A model generated the notes under the pieces. That model was not told the origin of the DNA and made no database searches. It worked only from the letters and a program-made list of their open reading frames with translations. Positions 39,394 through 51,814 of a DNA stretch of 64,000 bases are shown here, one piece after another. Positions within the stretch are counted from its first letter, which is position 1. Each line of letters begins with the position of its first letter. Source of the DNA: Felis catus (taxonomy: Eukaryota); NCBI RefSeq assembly GCF_018350175.1, contig NC_058368.1, forward strand, positions 58,468,001 to 58,532,000, given 5' to 3'. Both the position numbers and the translations under genes were made by a program.

Positions 39394-39609
39394 TGGGTGT
39401 CTGGGTGGCTCAGTCAGTTGAGTGTCTGACTTCAGCTCAGGTCATGATCTCACATCTGTGAGGATTTGAGCCCTGTGTCGGGGTCTGTGCTGACAGCCTG
39501 GATCCTGCTTCATATTCTGTGTGTGTCTCTCTCTCTGCCCCTCCCCGACTCCCATTCTGTTTCTCTGTCTCTCTCAAAAATAAACAAACATTAAAATAAA
39601 TGAATAAAT
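39394..39609 (+). mobile_element. CanSINE
   Basis: Full element. TSD TTATAAATAA(A/C)AAATGG (39376-39392 / 39610-39626). Confidence 0.95.
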
Positions 39610-40473
39610 TTATAAATAACAAATGGCATCACATGAATAATATTTTCCTTGGGAAAGGAGAAAGTAATCTGTATTATGTCTCCTTCACTGACATTGATGT
39701 TAGTAAATTCTGAGCTCTCAAGAAAAGTAAATAATTTTTCTCCTCTTGGATACCATTGTTCCCTAGTCAGCCTACACTCTTAGAAACATTTAAGGAAGTC
39801 ACTAAAATCTCTTATTCAGGTAATGCAGATAGTGACTCTAGGAAGAAGCAATTTAGGGACTCTTTACCACACTTTCTATGGAGCATTCCAAGAATGAAGT
39901 AGAAGATATCTAGTGGGCATGCTTCACTCCCCCATTTTATATTCTTTCAACTCTTGAGAGTATGACTGAGTTAACTGAGGGAGAAGGATGCTACCACAGA
40001 GATACTTGTCTATTGTTCTTAGAGCAAATCATTACAAATGTCTGCCTTTTATTATTAGCAAATTACCTCTAACAACACATATGTCTACATAATAATTTAT
40101 AAGAAAGTGTTCAGATCCCAAGAATGTATACCACCAGCAGTTATGTCTTTTTCTTCTCTTTTATCTGGAACAGTGTAGAGGAGATTTGACTTGGGCAAAC
40201 AAAATGGGAATTGTATGCAAACTTCTGGCCTTTATTTCTCCAGGATGACCCGCATTTAAAATGCCTTCAGGGTACATGTTTTACAATATAGCTGAAAGTT
40301 CTAAGACTACAAATATGCTCATCCTTGCTAGAGTTAATGATCTATCAATTATTTTGGTGAAGTGTCTTAGAAAAATCTGTAATGAGAGAATATCCATTTG
40401 TAAAATATCTATTTGTATTTAAAGGAATCATTGTGAAATTCCCAGGAAAAAAGATTTTATCTTATTATTTCAA

Positions 40474-40518
40474 AACATACTAATACTCATAACATACTAA
40501 TACTCATAACATACTAAT
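40474..40518. repeat. 17-bp tandem repeat, about 2.6 copies
   Basis: AACATACTAATACTCAT at 40474 and 40491, partial copy at 40508. Confidence 0.95.
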
Positions 40519-41867
40519 CTTATGAGTATGAAGATATAAGATTTAATTACCAAGGATTACAGCATATATATAGAGTTGTGAATATTCATATAGCATATGC
40601 ATTTTATAAATGAATACACATTAAACCATAGAATTTTAAGTGACAATAGATTTAATAAAATCAAGGCCTGCTCATTGATATCTTCACGGCAATAGAAATG
40701 TTGCTGCAATACCAAAAATACATTAATGATTGAAGAAAATTAATCTATAATTCCCTTTACCTGCAATTTTATATTCTTCAGGCAGTAACTCAAGAGGGAA
40801 GATCAATCTATAGTTGCTACACTCAGAAGTTTCTAGTTGGGTGGTGCAGCCTTAGAGGCATAGCTCAGATCATTTTCCAAGAAATAACTGGCAAATCAGC
40901 TGTAAGAAGTGTAGCTGTCATTCCCCATCTGTTAGTGTCATCAGCATCCATCTCAGAGTTTATTCTGAAACCACATTCATTCTGCTCTTTCCAGGCAGGC
41001 CCTAGTAAATGAGTGAACACTACTTGGCCAATAGTATGCAGAGAAAAATGTTCCCACAAAGGAAACTGATGGTTAGCCAAAACTTAGTAGAAAAATCAGG
41101 ACATACTGATGTTGTTAAAATGTCTTTGATTTACTTAAAATATTTTAGGCTTGTGAACTGAACCATATTCTGTAAGGGCTTTGTATGGAATATCTGGAAA
41201 TGAGGAAAAATCAATTGCCTTAATTGAGAATCAACACTTCAGGATGTCAGCTAACAATATATCATGAAGTCGAAGAGCCCTAGCAGTAACAAAGCAAGCC
41301 ATTCATTTATTTATATCTCAATAAGCACATAAGATCTTATTATTTAGCATATAAAATATATAGTTTTGTTGGTAAAATTAGTAACTTGTTATTTAGTAAG
41401 ATAAATAAGCTCTTCTTTGGAGAAATTGGAGATATCAAGAAAATAGAGTGGATAAAATAGAGACCCTACCTATCACTTATGCAAATGGCCTGGAGAACCA
41501 AAGAGGCCTGAACCCTATTTCTTAAGGGATGGCTCTGAAATCATGATTCTTACACAGGCCTTTAATGAGCTCTTTTTAGTAGCATTTCTGGTTGCTGATG
41601 CTTAATAAAGGGGGATAGACTCTTGTCTCTGGATTATCATTCTGCCAAATGTGGAACTTTCATAAAATGTGATGAGAGCCTCCAAAGTTGAGTGGCTCTT
41701 TATGGTAACTGTGGAATAGCTTGCATGACTCTTTTCATGCTTCCTGCTAGAAAACATCTGATTAATAAGTGCCTGTATATGTGGAAGAATTTGCTCCAAG
41801 ACTTAGTTTGATGTGCCCTTGAGAAAGAAAAAAATAAAATAGCACTGCTATCAAAGGAATAGCCTGG

Positions 41868-42207
41868 AGTGTACTGAATGTTTGCATCCCTCCAAAATTC
41901 ATATGTTCAAATATTAACCCTCAATATCATGGTAATAGAAGGTGGGGCTTTGGGACTGGATTAGAACATGGAACATGAATAGCAGTAGTGCCCTTAAAAA
42001 GGGAATTTCATAAAGTTCTCATACCCTTTCTGCCTTGTAAGGATATAGTGAAAGAAGAGCATCTGCTGCCCAGAAGAGTGTTCTTACCATACCTTGACCA
42101 TTAAGTTCTCAGACTTCCAGCCCTCACAGCTGTGAGTAATAAATTTCTGTGGTATATAAGCCACTCAGTTTATAAGGTCTGTTATACTAGCTCAAATAGA
42201 CTAAGCA
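41868..42207 (+). mobile_element. MLT1A-like MaLR solo LTR
   Basis: ACTGAATGTTTGCATCCCTCCAAAATTCATATGTT start and GACTTCCAGCC...GTAATAAATTTCTG...AATAGACTAAGCA end. Confidence 0.85.
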
Positions 42208-44899
42208 TCCAACCCAGATAATACCCCACATTCTTACACAGTCTCCCAAATCTCCTTTCACAAGCTCAAATCGTATAACAAGTTCTTTTGTACACTTTCT
42301 TACTGAGACAGCCTGGTTACACATGATGTGTATCCTTCCTCCTTGCAACTGCTGGTGGTCTTTCTGTAGACCAATTTAAGACAAAATCCTTTAGTAAAGA
42401 AGGTTAAAAATTCACATAAAACATACATGACTTCAGAGAGTTATTGTGCAATGAAGAAAAGTAAGTCAGAGTAAGAGTTTAGGAAGTAATGTTGTGACCA
42501 AGAGGACACTTTCTATTTAGCAGTCAAGGAAGGTTTCTCTGAGGAGGTGGCATTTCTGGAGAGACCTGAATGAAATCAGAAACATTCATAGATTTAAGTA
42601 AGATAATTTCTGAAAGAAAAAAAATCTATAAAGGATCTGATATAGGAAAACTGTGGTATGGTAGAAGAGCCCCCCACTCCTAACCAAAAAAAAGAAGGAT
42701 GTAAATTTAATAAATCTAGGGCATCTATTAAAACATATTTAAAGGCAATCCAGTATAATTACTAAATTTTCCGATGACTAGCTTTATTTACTAAGATATA
42801 TATGTATGTGCATTTAGTATATATATTGTACACACATTATTATACATCATTGTGCAATGTTATGCTTTCAGATAGTGCTGATAGTACTTAGTCATGTTAT
42901 CAGCAATTAGATTATGTTGGGGTTTGAGAGTAAATATCAATACTGTCTCTCTGCTTCCCTTTCTACCTTCCATGTGGATTTGGAAATGATTTATAAAGAG
43001 TGAAACAGAGATAAAAAAAAATATCAACTTAATTATTCACAAGGACCTGAGTTGGAGATTATAACTCACATGTAGAAAAGTGACACCCCTGAATTAGGCA
43101 AATTTATCCATGTAGTCATTGGCATAGAAGAAAAATTCCAAGTAGCTTCTATCAAGGGGCAGAGGGCAGGCCAAGGTATAAATGCACTCTAGAGACTTGT
43201 CTATAACCAAATAAGGATCCAGAAGAGTTTCACCTCCAGAAGAATCTCACTCACGTTCAATTCCTTTCCATTGAAGAACAAGATTGTTGTCCAGGAAAAT
43301 CCCCCCCCCCAAAAAAAAAAAAAACACAAAGAGTGGAATAAAGTAAAAGTGACTTTATATTTTAGTTAGCAGAAAACAGATCCAGCTAGCAGTGTCTATT
43401 GTTAATAGCGTTCACTTCCACTCCCTAAAATTCCTTGGTGATCCTGGGAACACATGTCACCTCTTAATATATTAATACTTTTCCTCTTTGCCTTTGGAAA
43501 GACTTTTCTCACATGAATAAAGGATCATTTAATTTGAAAACTATGTATGTTCAATATATACTTGATTCTCATGCAGGAATAAGACTGATTTCAGTGTCAG
43601 TTTAAAATATGAGTAGTGTGATCTTTTAAAAATATTTTCAATTACTGTATTGTAAAAAATATATAGAGCAATTAAAATTCTGGAGAAAAAAGTCCTAATA
43701 CAGAGAAAAATTTGTAAAAGACTAGACAGTATTGACAGTCCCATTACTCACTGTTATTTTAATTAGGTGGTTTCCACTCTTGCCTGTATTTTTCTCTGAC
43801 TGCTCAGCTCTGCTCTCCAAATCCTCTTTTCTGTTCCCATTTATATCATGAGATATAACCCTCAACAGCTCTTGCTCTCAATTTTGTAAAACTGCCCGAA
43901 TCCCACAAATCAACATTATATTTTATTCACTTTTCTTTAATGGTATAGATTAAAGAAGCTTAGTATGGTAAAACTCAAATTGTGAGAAATTATAATGTTG
44001 TACATAAAATTGGCTGCATTAAATTCAAATTGTCTATTTGATTTCCTCACTTCATCAGAATTAGTTATTAGGTATTTTGTATGAGTTATTCAGGTTAACT
44101 CATTTAAATTTACTAGACTTGTTTGTTAAATTGCTTACACAGAAATATTTTTTTTACTTATTTTAATAACTAAAAAAATAAACCTTTTAAAACAGGAAAA
44201 CGTTTCTTTTCCTGTTCATGCATAATTATAAGCTTCTACAAAAAGCATGTTTTTCTACAATGCAGAAAAGCTCTGACATACAGGCCATAATTTTCCTTCA
44301 ATGAACTTCTTTACTTTTTATATATTGTCAGAAATATTTAATTCTTTAATGATACATTTTATATTCACTGGTTTTTCCATTTTAATCATTTATATTGCAT
44401 GCAAGTTGATCATGTTCCTTCCAACTGTGGATTATATGAGATGTTTCTTTAAGAATAAAAGCACAATAGCTTCAGGTTTTTAGTGTTTTAAAGATATTCA
44501 TCATCTCAAAACATACACACATTTTCAAGAATGTAAATTTTTGAGGACACAATACAATGATCAAAAGAGACACAATTATTCTTTAGTGTTCATAATAATA
44601 TACTGTACTTCCTAGAAAAAGTATTATATCTCTGAATTATATACAAAAAGAAAATGAAAAATAACTACTCATTGAAAATTACATTTACTTACTTGAATAT
44701 TTTGCCAATAAGTAGAAGTGATATTTCTTCAAACACATAACACATAAAATGACCATGCCCAGATCAATTACTGACAACTCCATAAGAAAAATAGTATTAA
44801 TATTTGTTTTTTATAGCTCAATTTTTAAGTGCAAAATCATCGTGGTGCAGATTGTTAACTATTTTCCCATGTTGATTTTTATTTTCTCCCTTAGTATTA

Positions 44900-45180
44900 T
44901 AACCTTCAAATTTTAGCTGATGTCATGGTCTCCAGAATAAATAATACACTTCACACTCTCCCAGAAGAATAACCATGTGACCAAATTCTGACCAATGTGA
45001 ATGAATGAAGAGATATAGCTTCCAGAGTCTTATCTTTGAAGGGAATAGACATACTCTCTATTTTCCTTTAATTAGAGCACAAATGTCATAGGGGAACTTA
45101 ACAGATATCTTAAATCCAAAGGTAGAGCCAGTCTGTAAGAAATACTTCAGGATCTACATAGCTTTCATTTAAGTGGTTGT
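44900..45180 (+). mobile_element. Old MLT1 (J/K-like) LTR fragment
   Basis: CCATGTGACCAAATTCTGACCAATG motif typical of old MLT1. Confidence 0.45.
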
Positions 45181-45182
45181 GA

Positions 45183-45222
<40 letters not shown>

Positions 45223-45224
45223 AA
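45181..45224. repeat. (GAAA)n tetranucleotide microsatellite, about 11 units
   Basis: Direct reading. Confidence 0.98.
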
Positions 45225-46173
45225 AGGGAAGGGAAGGAAAAAGAAATAGCTCCCGTAGGAAACACATGGAACATCGATTTCCATATTCTCAATCACCTCT
45301 CTTAAAAAATATACTATTTATCAAAGGAAGGGAAATCTTTACCATGAGGGCCAGCCTGGTACAATAGCATCTCAATTTCCTTTCTCTTTTCTTCTTCACC
45401 AGAGTCAAGTTTCTTCTTTCCCAGTTTGTGAACTACATTAAGAAAAACAGCTACATGAGGTGATGACTAACCTCCACTATAAAGTTCAAATCATATATTT
45501 GCACTTGCCATCTTCAACATATCCTCTCACAATCCCAGGTCCCAATCAATCACCACATAATGCAAACTGAGAATTGATGAGTCATGTGTGGAGCCTAAGA
45601 AATCAACAACAAAATTGAAGAGTTCTGCCCTGACACCCGTCTAGATTCTACCATGAGAGAATGGCATGATGAACATTCACAACATTATAAAGACAGAAAT
45701 GAACTTGTCCAATTCATTATTATGGCCTGTATTAGAGCAGCCTAACAATAACAAAGCAACACAATAAGAATAAATATCAAATATATTTACAAACTTGCAA
45801 TTATTATTCATGAAAATATTGTACATTCATTTATATCTATATACTTTATTTACATATGCATTTGTCTTTATATTCCAATTTTACATAATCATAATTTCAC
45901 TATTGGAAGTTGTTCTTTCTAAAAAATTGCAATTAAAGTAATTTGAATATGAATGTTTTGAAGTAAATTTCAGGGTTTCAACATAATTTTCTATGAACAT
46001 ATTCATTTATCCTAAATGAAACTTTCATTAGCGAATAGATACCATGTGTTGTAACTAACTACTATTGTAAATGTTGTGTTGTGTATCCATCATGAGATAT
46101 ATAAGTATTTCCCAAAATAACTAAAATTGAGAAGTTTATTTTTGGGTTCCTGCCATTATCAATCTAATTCTGT

Positions 46174-46175
<2 letters not shown>

Positions 46176-46212
<37 letters not shown>
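46176..46212. repeat. (TG)n microsatellite
   Basis: Direct reading. Confidence 0.98.
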
Positions 46213-46214
<2 letters not shown>

Positions 46215-46811
46215 TGTTAAAGTAAAAAAAATTACATTAAATATGTGAAACATGAAGTCATAATCTGTACTATGTCTTGGTCTGAAAAACAAAGTTTTAT
46301 TTATCTTTTTTTCCCATATCACTTTAAACTTATCTTATGTTTCACATTTTGTGAAAGCCACATACAAGAAAGACATGGCCAGAGCTATGAGGATAAAGTG
46401 AATAGGCAAAGAAAAAATGTTCCATGTCTATTTTCAGGCACCACTTTGTTCCCTTAGTTTTCCTTTGAACTTTATGCTGGATAAAACATGCAGGCCATAG
46501 TGATATAGAGCTCTATATATTCCCTGCAGAAAAAGAAGTACTTTATCCTTCAAAACATTGTTAAACTAAGTTATAAACCAGAAACTATTTGCTTGAAGTC
46601 TATTTCGAAGTAAAACACATTTATGCCTCAATTAAATAATAAGTACAGTCACAATAACTGTTTATTATCTCTGCTCTAGTCAGAACACCTTATTTGATTC
46701 AGCCATCAACATTATGAAAAAAGAGTTGTCATTAATCTTTTAGTTTCCAAAATGAAACCCAGCACATTTACATAATTTTCCCAATCCATTCATAATTTCA
46801 AATCTCAAGCA

Positions 46812-47288
46812 GGGGTGCCTGGGTGGCTTAGTCAGTTAAGTGTCAGACTAAGGCTCAGGTCATGATCTCACATTTCCTGAACCCCACATTGGGCTCTGTG
46901 CTGACAGCTCAGAGCCTGGAGCCTGCTTCAGATTCTGTGTCTCCCACTCTCTCTCTCTGCCCCTCCTCCCACTCACACTCTCGGTGTGTATGTCTTTCTC
47001 TTTCTCAAAAACAAATAAACATTCATCGCTTACATACAACAGCCAGTGCTCATCCCAACAAGTGCTTGCTGTATGTAAGTGATGAATCACAGGAATCTCC
47101 CCCCGAAACCAAAAGCACATTGTATATAATGTATGTTAGCCAACGTGACAATAAATTATATTTTAAAAATAATAAATAAACAGATCCATATTTAAAAAAT
47201 AAAAATAAAGATAAAAAATAAAATTTTTAAAAACAAAAAATAATAAATAAATAAATAAACAAACAAACATTAAAAACAATTAAAAAAT
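46812..47288 (+). mobile_element. CanSINE whose tail is interrupted by a short L1 insertion
   Basis: SINE body 46812-47020. Outer TSD AATCTCAAGC (46801-46810 / 47289-47298). Confidence 0.93.
47021..47256 (+). mobile_element. Very short carnivore L1 3'UTR insertion with 5' inversion
   Basis: 47021-47065 is antisense L1 3'UTR (CAGTGCTCATCCCAACA, as at 4743-4759). 47066-47170 is sense 3'UTR ending GACAATAAATTATATT plus an A-rich tail. TSD AAACAAA(T/C)AAACATT (47009-47023 / 47257-47271). Confidence 0.85.
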
Positions 47289-47812
47289 AATCTCAAGCGA
47301 TAAGACCCTAGGACCATCATTTTTAGGTAACAAATTATATTAGCATCTAAAACATTGGCATTTGGTTTTGCAAAATGAATAAATTAAGGAGTCATTATTT
47401 ACATCATAATTACTTTGTTTTTAAAACCATTGGCATCAAATTTCAATTAAATAGAGTTATCTTTAAGCTAATAAAATGTTGAAATACTTCCCAAAGTACC
47501 TCTGCTTTCTTTCAGCCTTCAAACAATTACATACATTGTCACTGATTTTGTGTCAACAGTAAATGGTTAATCTTGCTATTATTCATATTAAGTAATATCC
47601 TAAACATTCTGGACTGAAATTCCTTTTCAATCCTTTTTTTCCTTTCTTTCTTTTCCTATTTTTAATCTGATGTATTCAATGCCCCCTGATCCAAAGCACG
47701 GACATCAGTGGCATCCATCCTACTTGCCAATCACAATGTATTCTACCTTACTACTCTAAACAAATTATATACCAGAGGGTGGCAAATCCTGTCTATAAAG
47801 AACTATAGAGTA

Positions 47813-48008
47813 GGGGCACCTGGGTAGTTCAGCTGGTTAAGCGACCGACTTTGGCTCAGATCATGATCTCACAGTTCGTAGGTTTGAGCCCCGAATTGGA
47901 GTCTGTGCTGATGGCTTGGAGGCTGGAGCCTGCTTTGGGTTCTGTATCTCCCTGTCTCTCTCCCCTGCTCATGCTCTGTTTCTGTCTCGAAAATAAACAT
48001 TAAAAAAA
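47813..48008 (+). mobile_element. CanSINE (first of a head-to-tail pair)
   Basis: GGGGCACCTGGGTAGTTCAG head and AATAAACATTAAAAAAA tail. Confidence 0.94.
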
Positions 48009-48020
48009 TTGGGGGGGGAA

Positions 48021-48260
48021 GGGACACCTGGGTGACTCAGTCGGTTAAGCATCCAACTTCAGCTCAGGTCAGGATCTCACAGCTCATGAGTTCAAGCCCC
48101 ATGTCAGGCTCTGTGCTGGGAACTCAGAGCCTGGAGCCTGCTTCAGATTCTTTGTCTCCCTCTCTCTCTGTCCCTTCCCCACTCATGCTCTTTCTCTCAA
48201 AAATGAATAAACGTTAAAAAAATTCATTTTAAATAAAAAGAATTATTTTAATTAAAACAA
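48021..48260 (+). mobile_element. CanSINE (second of a head-to-tail pair)
   Basis: GGGACACCTGGGTGACTCAGTCGG head and A-rich tail. Confidence 0.94.
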
Positions 48261-49670
48261 AAAGACCGTATAGTAAATATCTGTGGCTTTGTAGGTTAAC
48301 GAGGTAATGCTAAAGTAGCCATAGGCAATAAGTAAACAAAAAGTAAACTAATAAGTGTGTATACACATACCTATATACAAAAATATGCAGCAGTCAAATT
48401 TGGTCAATAGGCCAGTGTTTGCCTACTCCGTTCATACATTTTGTACCTTAAATGCCATTCAAATTCACATATTCTTATTAAGAAGCCCTGGTTATTTTTA
48501 ACTTTCAAAACAAATTTGTTTCTCCATGAGGCCTCCCCAGCTCTCCTTTCTGTCTGCTCTGCCATATCAACCCCTCTCTGATACGGTTGCATTATGAAAA
48601 TGCACTTTTTTAATATTACAAATTATAGTAGGCCAATAATCTTAGTTACTTGTGCATGTGTGCGATTACTTTTTGTTTTCAACTACGGTTATTCAGCATG
48701 ATATACTCTACAATACCAAGTAAGCATAATGCATTATTCAAGTGAAGAGTTTAATACACACACACATATTTGTTACATTTAAGTGAATTATTTTTTAAAA
48801 AAACATCTCTACCATTGTGCAGATCTGGGAATTTTGTACAGGAAGTAAAGCTGCGTGCTGAGGTTGTATCTACACAATGCCAAAACATCTAGATTAAAAG
48901 CAAAACATTCGGTCAACCATGACATTGTTTCCAAGTATCTACACGCTTGGCATTGGGAAAGGAAAATGTTTAGATGATGGATGTTACTTTTTATTTTCCA
49001 TCTGGCTATTTTGGCTTCATGTAGACAGAGCCTCTGACAGTCAACATTGATGACAAAACAATTTCAGGTTTTAGATTTGGTTTTAAGCCCACCCACATGG
49101 AGGTAAACAGATTAGCTTGAAGAAAAGAAACTGTTGAACGTCTAATCACATCTATGCTTTCAGCCAAGAGAAATCTCTGAAGAATGATGATCTGCATTTA
49201 CATCTCCCCAGCCTGTAATTCAACCCTGTTTCATAGAAGAGAGTTTGCTTGGAAAAATCCCCAGCTCAATTACCCAGACATATCAGGAATCTCCAATAAG
49301 AGTCATGTCAGTCTGGGGCCCCACATCCAGTGAACAGAAAGAAATAATTCTCCCCACTGTGATCAAAACTGAGAAGGATGGAATATAAGGAGACATGTTT
49401 TTTTGGATCATTCTAAAAAGGCTTTGAATTCTGCTTTGTGTAGAAGCCAATAGTGATAAGAAGTAAAATATCAAGGGTACTACATATTAATTGTGAAATA
49501 AATCCACTTAAAATATCTATAAAACTGAAGAAAATATTTGAACTGGCTTCAGAGTGATTCTATGCAGCAGAGAATTACCAGAGTGAACTGACAGTGAACT
49601 GTCAGTCAACTGTAGGACATTTAAAAAACTTTGATGAAATACTCACCCTCTGCCCCTCACTCATCATGTG

Positions 49671-49675
49671 CATAC

Positions 49676-49707
<32 letters not shown>
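49671..49707. repeat. (CA)n microsatellite
   Basis: Direct reading. Confidence 0.97.
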
Positions 49708-50219
49708 GAAGGTAGAATTTATACATACTAGAATATTTGTACATACACACACATAAACTTTTGTACATACATAAATCTATCACAATTGGGTTATCTTAAA
49801 TGAGAAACAGTTTAATCTTTAATATTTATTTGCATATAATCTTCTATCAAATAGCAGAAACATTATTGACATTAATCATGATGCTAATCCTAAAACCATA
49901 TATCTTTAAACAATATTTAACAGTAAAACACTTTGGGATTAGTGATTTGATCATCAGATCAGGATATTAAAAGTATGCAATTTTTATCCTTGCTAATAGA
50001 AATATGGGATTCAGCTATTTTTAGCCTTCCTAACCAGTCTTAATCTTTTGTCTCATACATCCAGAGAATCATAAACAAGAAGCTCCTATCTAGATTTATA
50101 TAGCCAAGATTATTATCTAACTGAAAAATGTATGTGGTTGAACTGATAACAGTGCTAATAATATCTCACAAGTTAGATATGTGTAATTGGCCCTAATAAA
50201 TAGTAATAACTTTGTTCAT

Positions 50220-50441
50220 TTTTTAAAAAAATGTTTCTTTCTTTATTTATTTTAGAGAGAGCGAGAGAACACAAGCAAGAGAGGGACAGAAAGAGAGAGA
50301 GGGAAACACAGAGTCTGAAGCAGGCTCCAGACTCTGAGTTGTCAGCGCAGAGCCCAATGAGAGGCTCAAACCCAAGAATGGTGAGATCATGACTTGAGCC
50401 AAAGTCAGATGTTCCACTGAATTGAGCCACCCAGGTGCCCC
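50220..50441 (-). mobile_element. CanSINE
   Basis: Full element on minus. Degenerate TSD ATAA..TTGTT.ATTTT. Confidence 0.93.
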
Positions 50442-51574
50442 ATAAATTGTTGATTTTAAGTAGGTAATTGTGGAATTGGATTATGCAAATACTAGTGAAT
50501 ATTATATACAATATTTTTCTAAAACTTAATTTATTTGCTATCTTATTTGCAGCATGTTATTTCATATAGGTAAGTAGGTAGAGGGAGAAATAGAGAGAGA
50601 TGATAAATAGATGTCAGGCGCTTCATATTTGTAGGTCATAAATAATAAGGTTACTCAAAACACTTAACATGAATATTTGGAACTATTTTAAAAATGAGGG
50701 CTGGCTTTAAACTCTACTGTCTATTATAGTTATGATACATAAATTTAGAACAATATTAAGCCACTTGCTTTTTAAGTTAATTTATAATTCTAAACTTTTT
50801 ACTGTTCTTAATACATGCAGTAGTGTAAGTGTACTCAATTATCAATTATCAGTTTTTGCATGGGATAACACCATGTGTCATATTCTCCTCATGTTAGTGT
50901 GCTTGTGGTAGCAAAGAACATACAACACAACTGTTGGTGACTTAAGTTCTATGGATATTTAGTATCTCATATGACAAAAATTTTGAGATAAGGCAGTGGG
51001 TTAATCCAGCAGCTTGAAGAGACATTCAAGGACCTAGGTTTTTGTTTTTGTTTTTGTTTTATAAGCTCCTCATATCTTTCTGTTATCCATTCTCCTAGTT
51101 GGCTAGCTTCTCTCCTGAGCTACACTCTAGATATCACTTCCTCACATATCAATACTCAGAGATTATGAAGATTATGCAAAGTTAGACAGCAACAAGCCCT
51201 ATGTTGGACTGTGATCTGTAAAGCATAATTTCCTCATCCACTGTTGTATATCCCTGTCTTTGGAGGCAATGTCCCATGAAAGATGATGGGATTATGGGAT
51301 CCTTGAAACTTGCAGTAGGTGACTTGAAAAGATGAGTCTCTCTACAGTTCAGTCCCTTTGTCTGAAAAAGAAACAAAATAAGTGCCTCCTCCGTAGAGTT
51401 ATCCTATCCTACTTGGTTTATTAGGTAGATGTTGGGAGATGAAAGAAATTCCAGTAAGATTGGCAGGCAGAATTTAAAATACCACAACTCAAACTCAGGG
51501 AAACAATATGAGACTATAAAGTCAAATGTTAAGAGATTATTTTCATATACTGACATTTTAAGTGTTTATTACTC

Positions 51575-51814
51575 AGAGTACCTGGGTGGCTCAGTCAGTT
51601 AAGTGTCTGATTTAGGCTAAGGTCATGATCTCACAGTTCGTGAGTTCAAGCCCTGGGTAGGGCTCTGTGCTGACAGCTCAGAGCCTGGAGCCTGCTTTGG
51701 ATTCCGTGTCTCCCTCTCTCTCTGTTTCTCCCTCACTTGCACTCTCTCTGTCTCTCTCTGTCTCTTTCTCTCTCTCTCAAAAATAAATAGTAAAACAAAA
51801 AACAATTTTTTACT
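51575..51814 (+). mobile_element. CanSINE
   Basis: Full element. TSD TGTTTATTACTC (51563-51574 / 51815-51826). Confidence 0.95.

Larger units (their letters stand above)
47773..48430 (+). mobile_element. MER58A-like hAT-Charlie relic split by two CanSINEs
   Basis: CAGAGGGTGGCAAA...TAAAG / TAGTAAATAT...GGCTTTG...AAAGTAGCCATAGGCAAT...GTTTGCCTACTCC matches MER58 layout. Confidence 0.7.
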
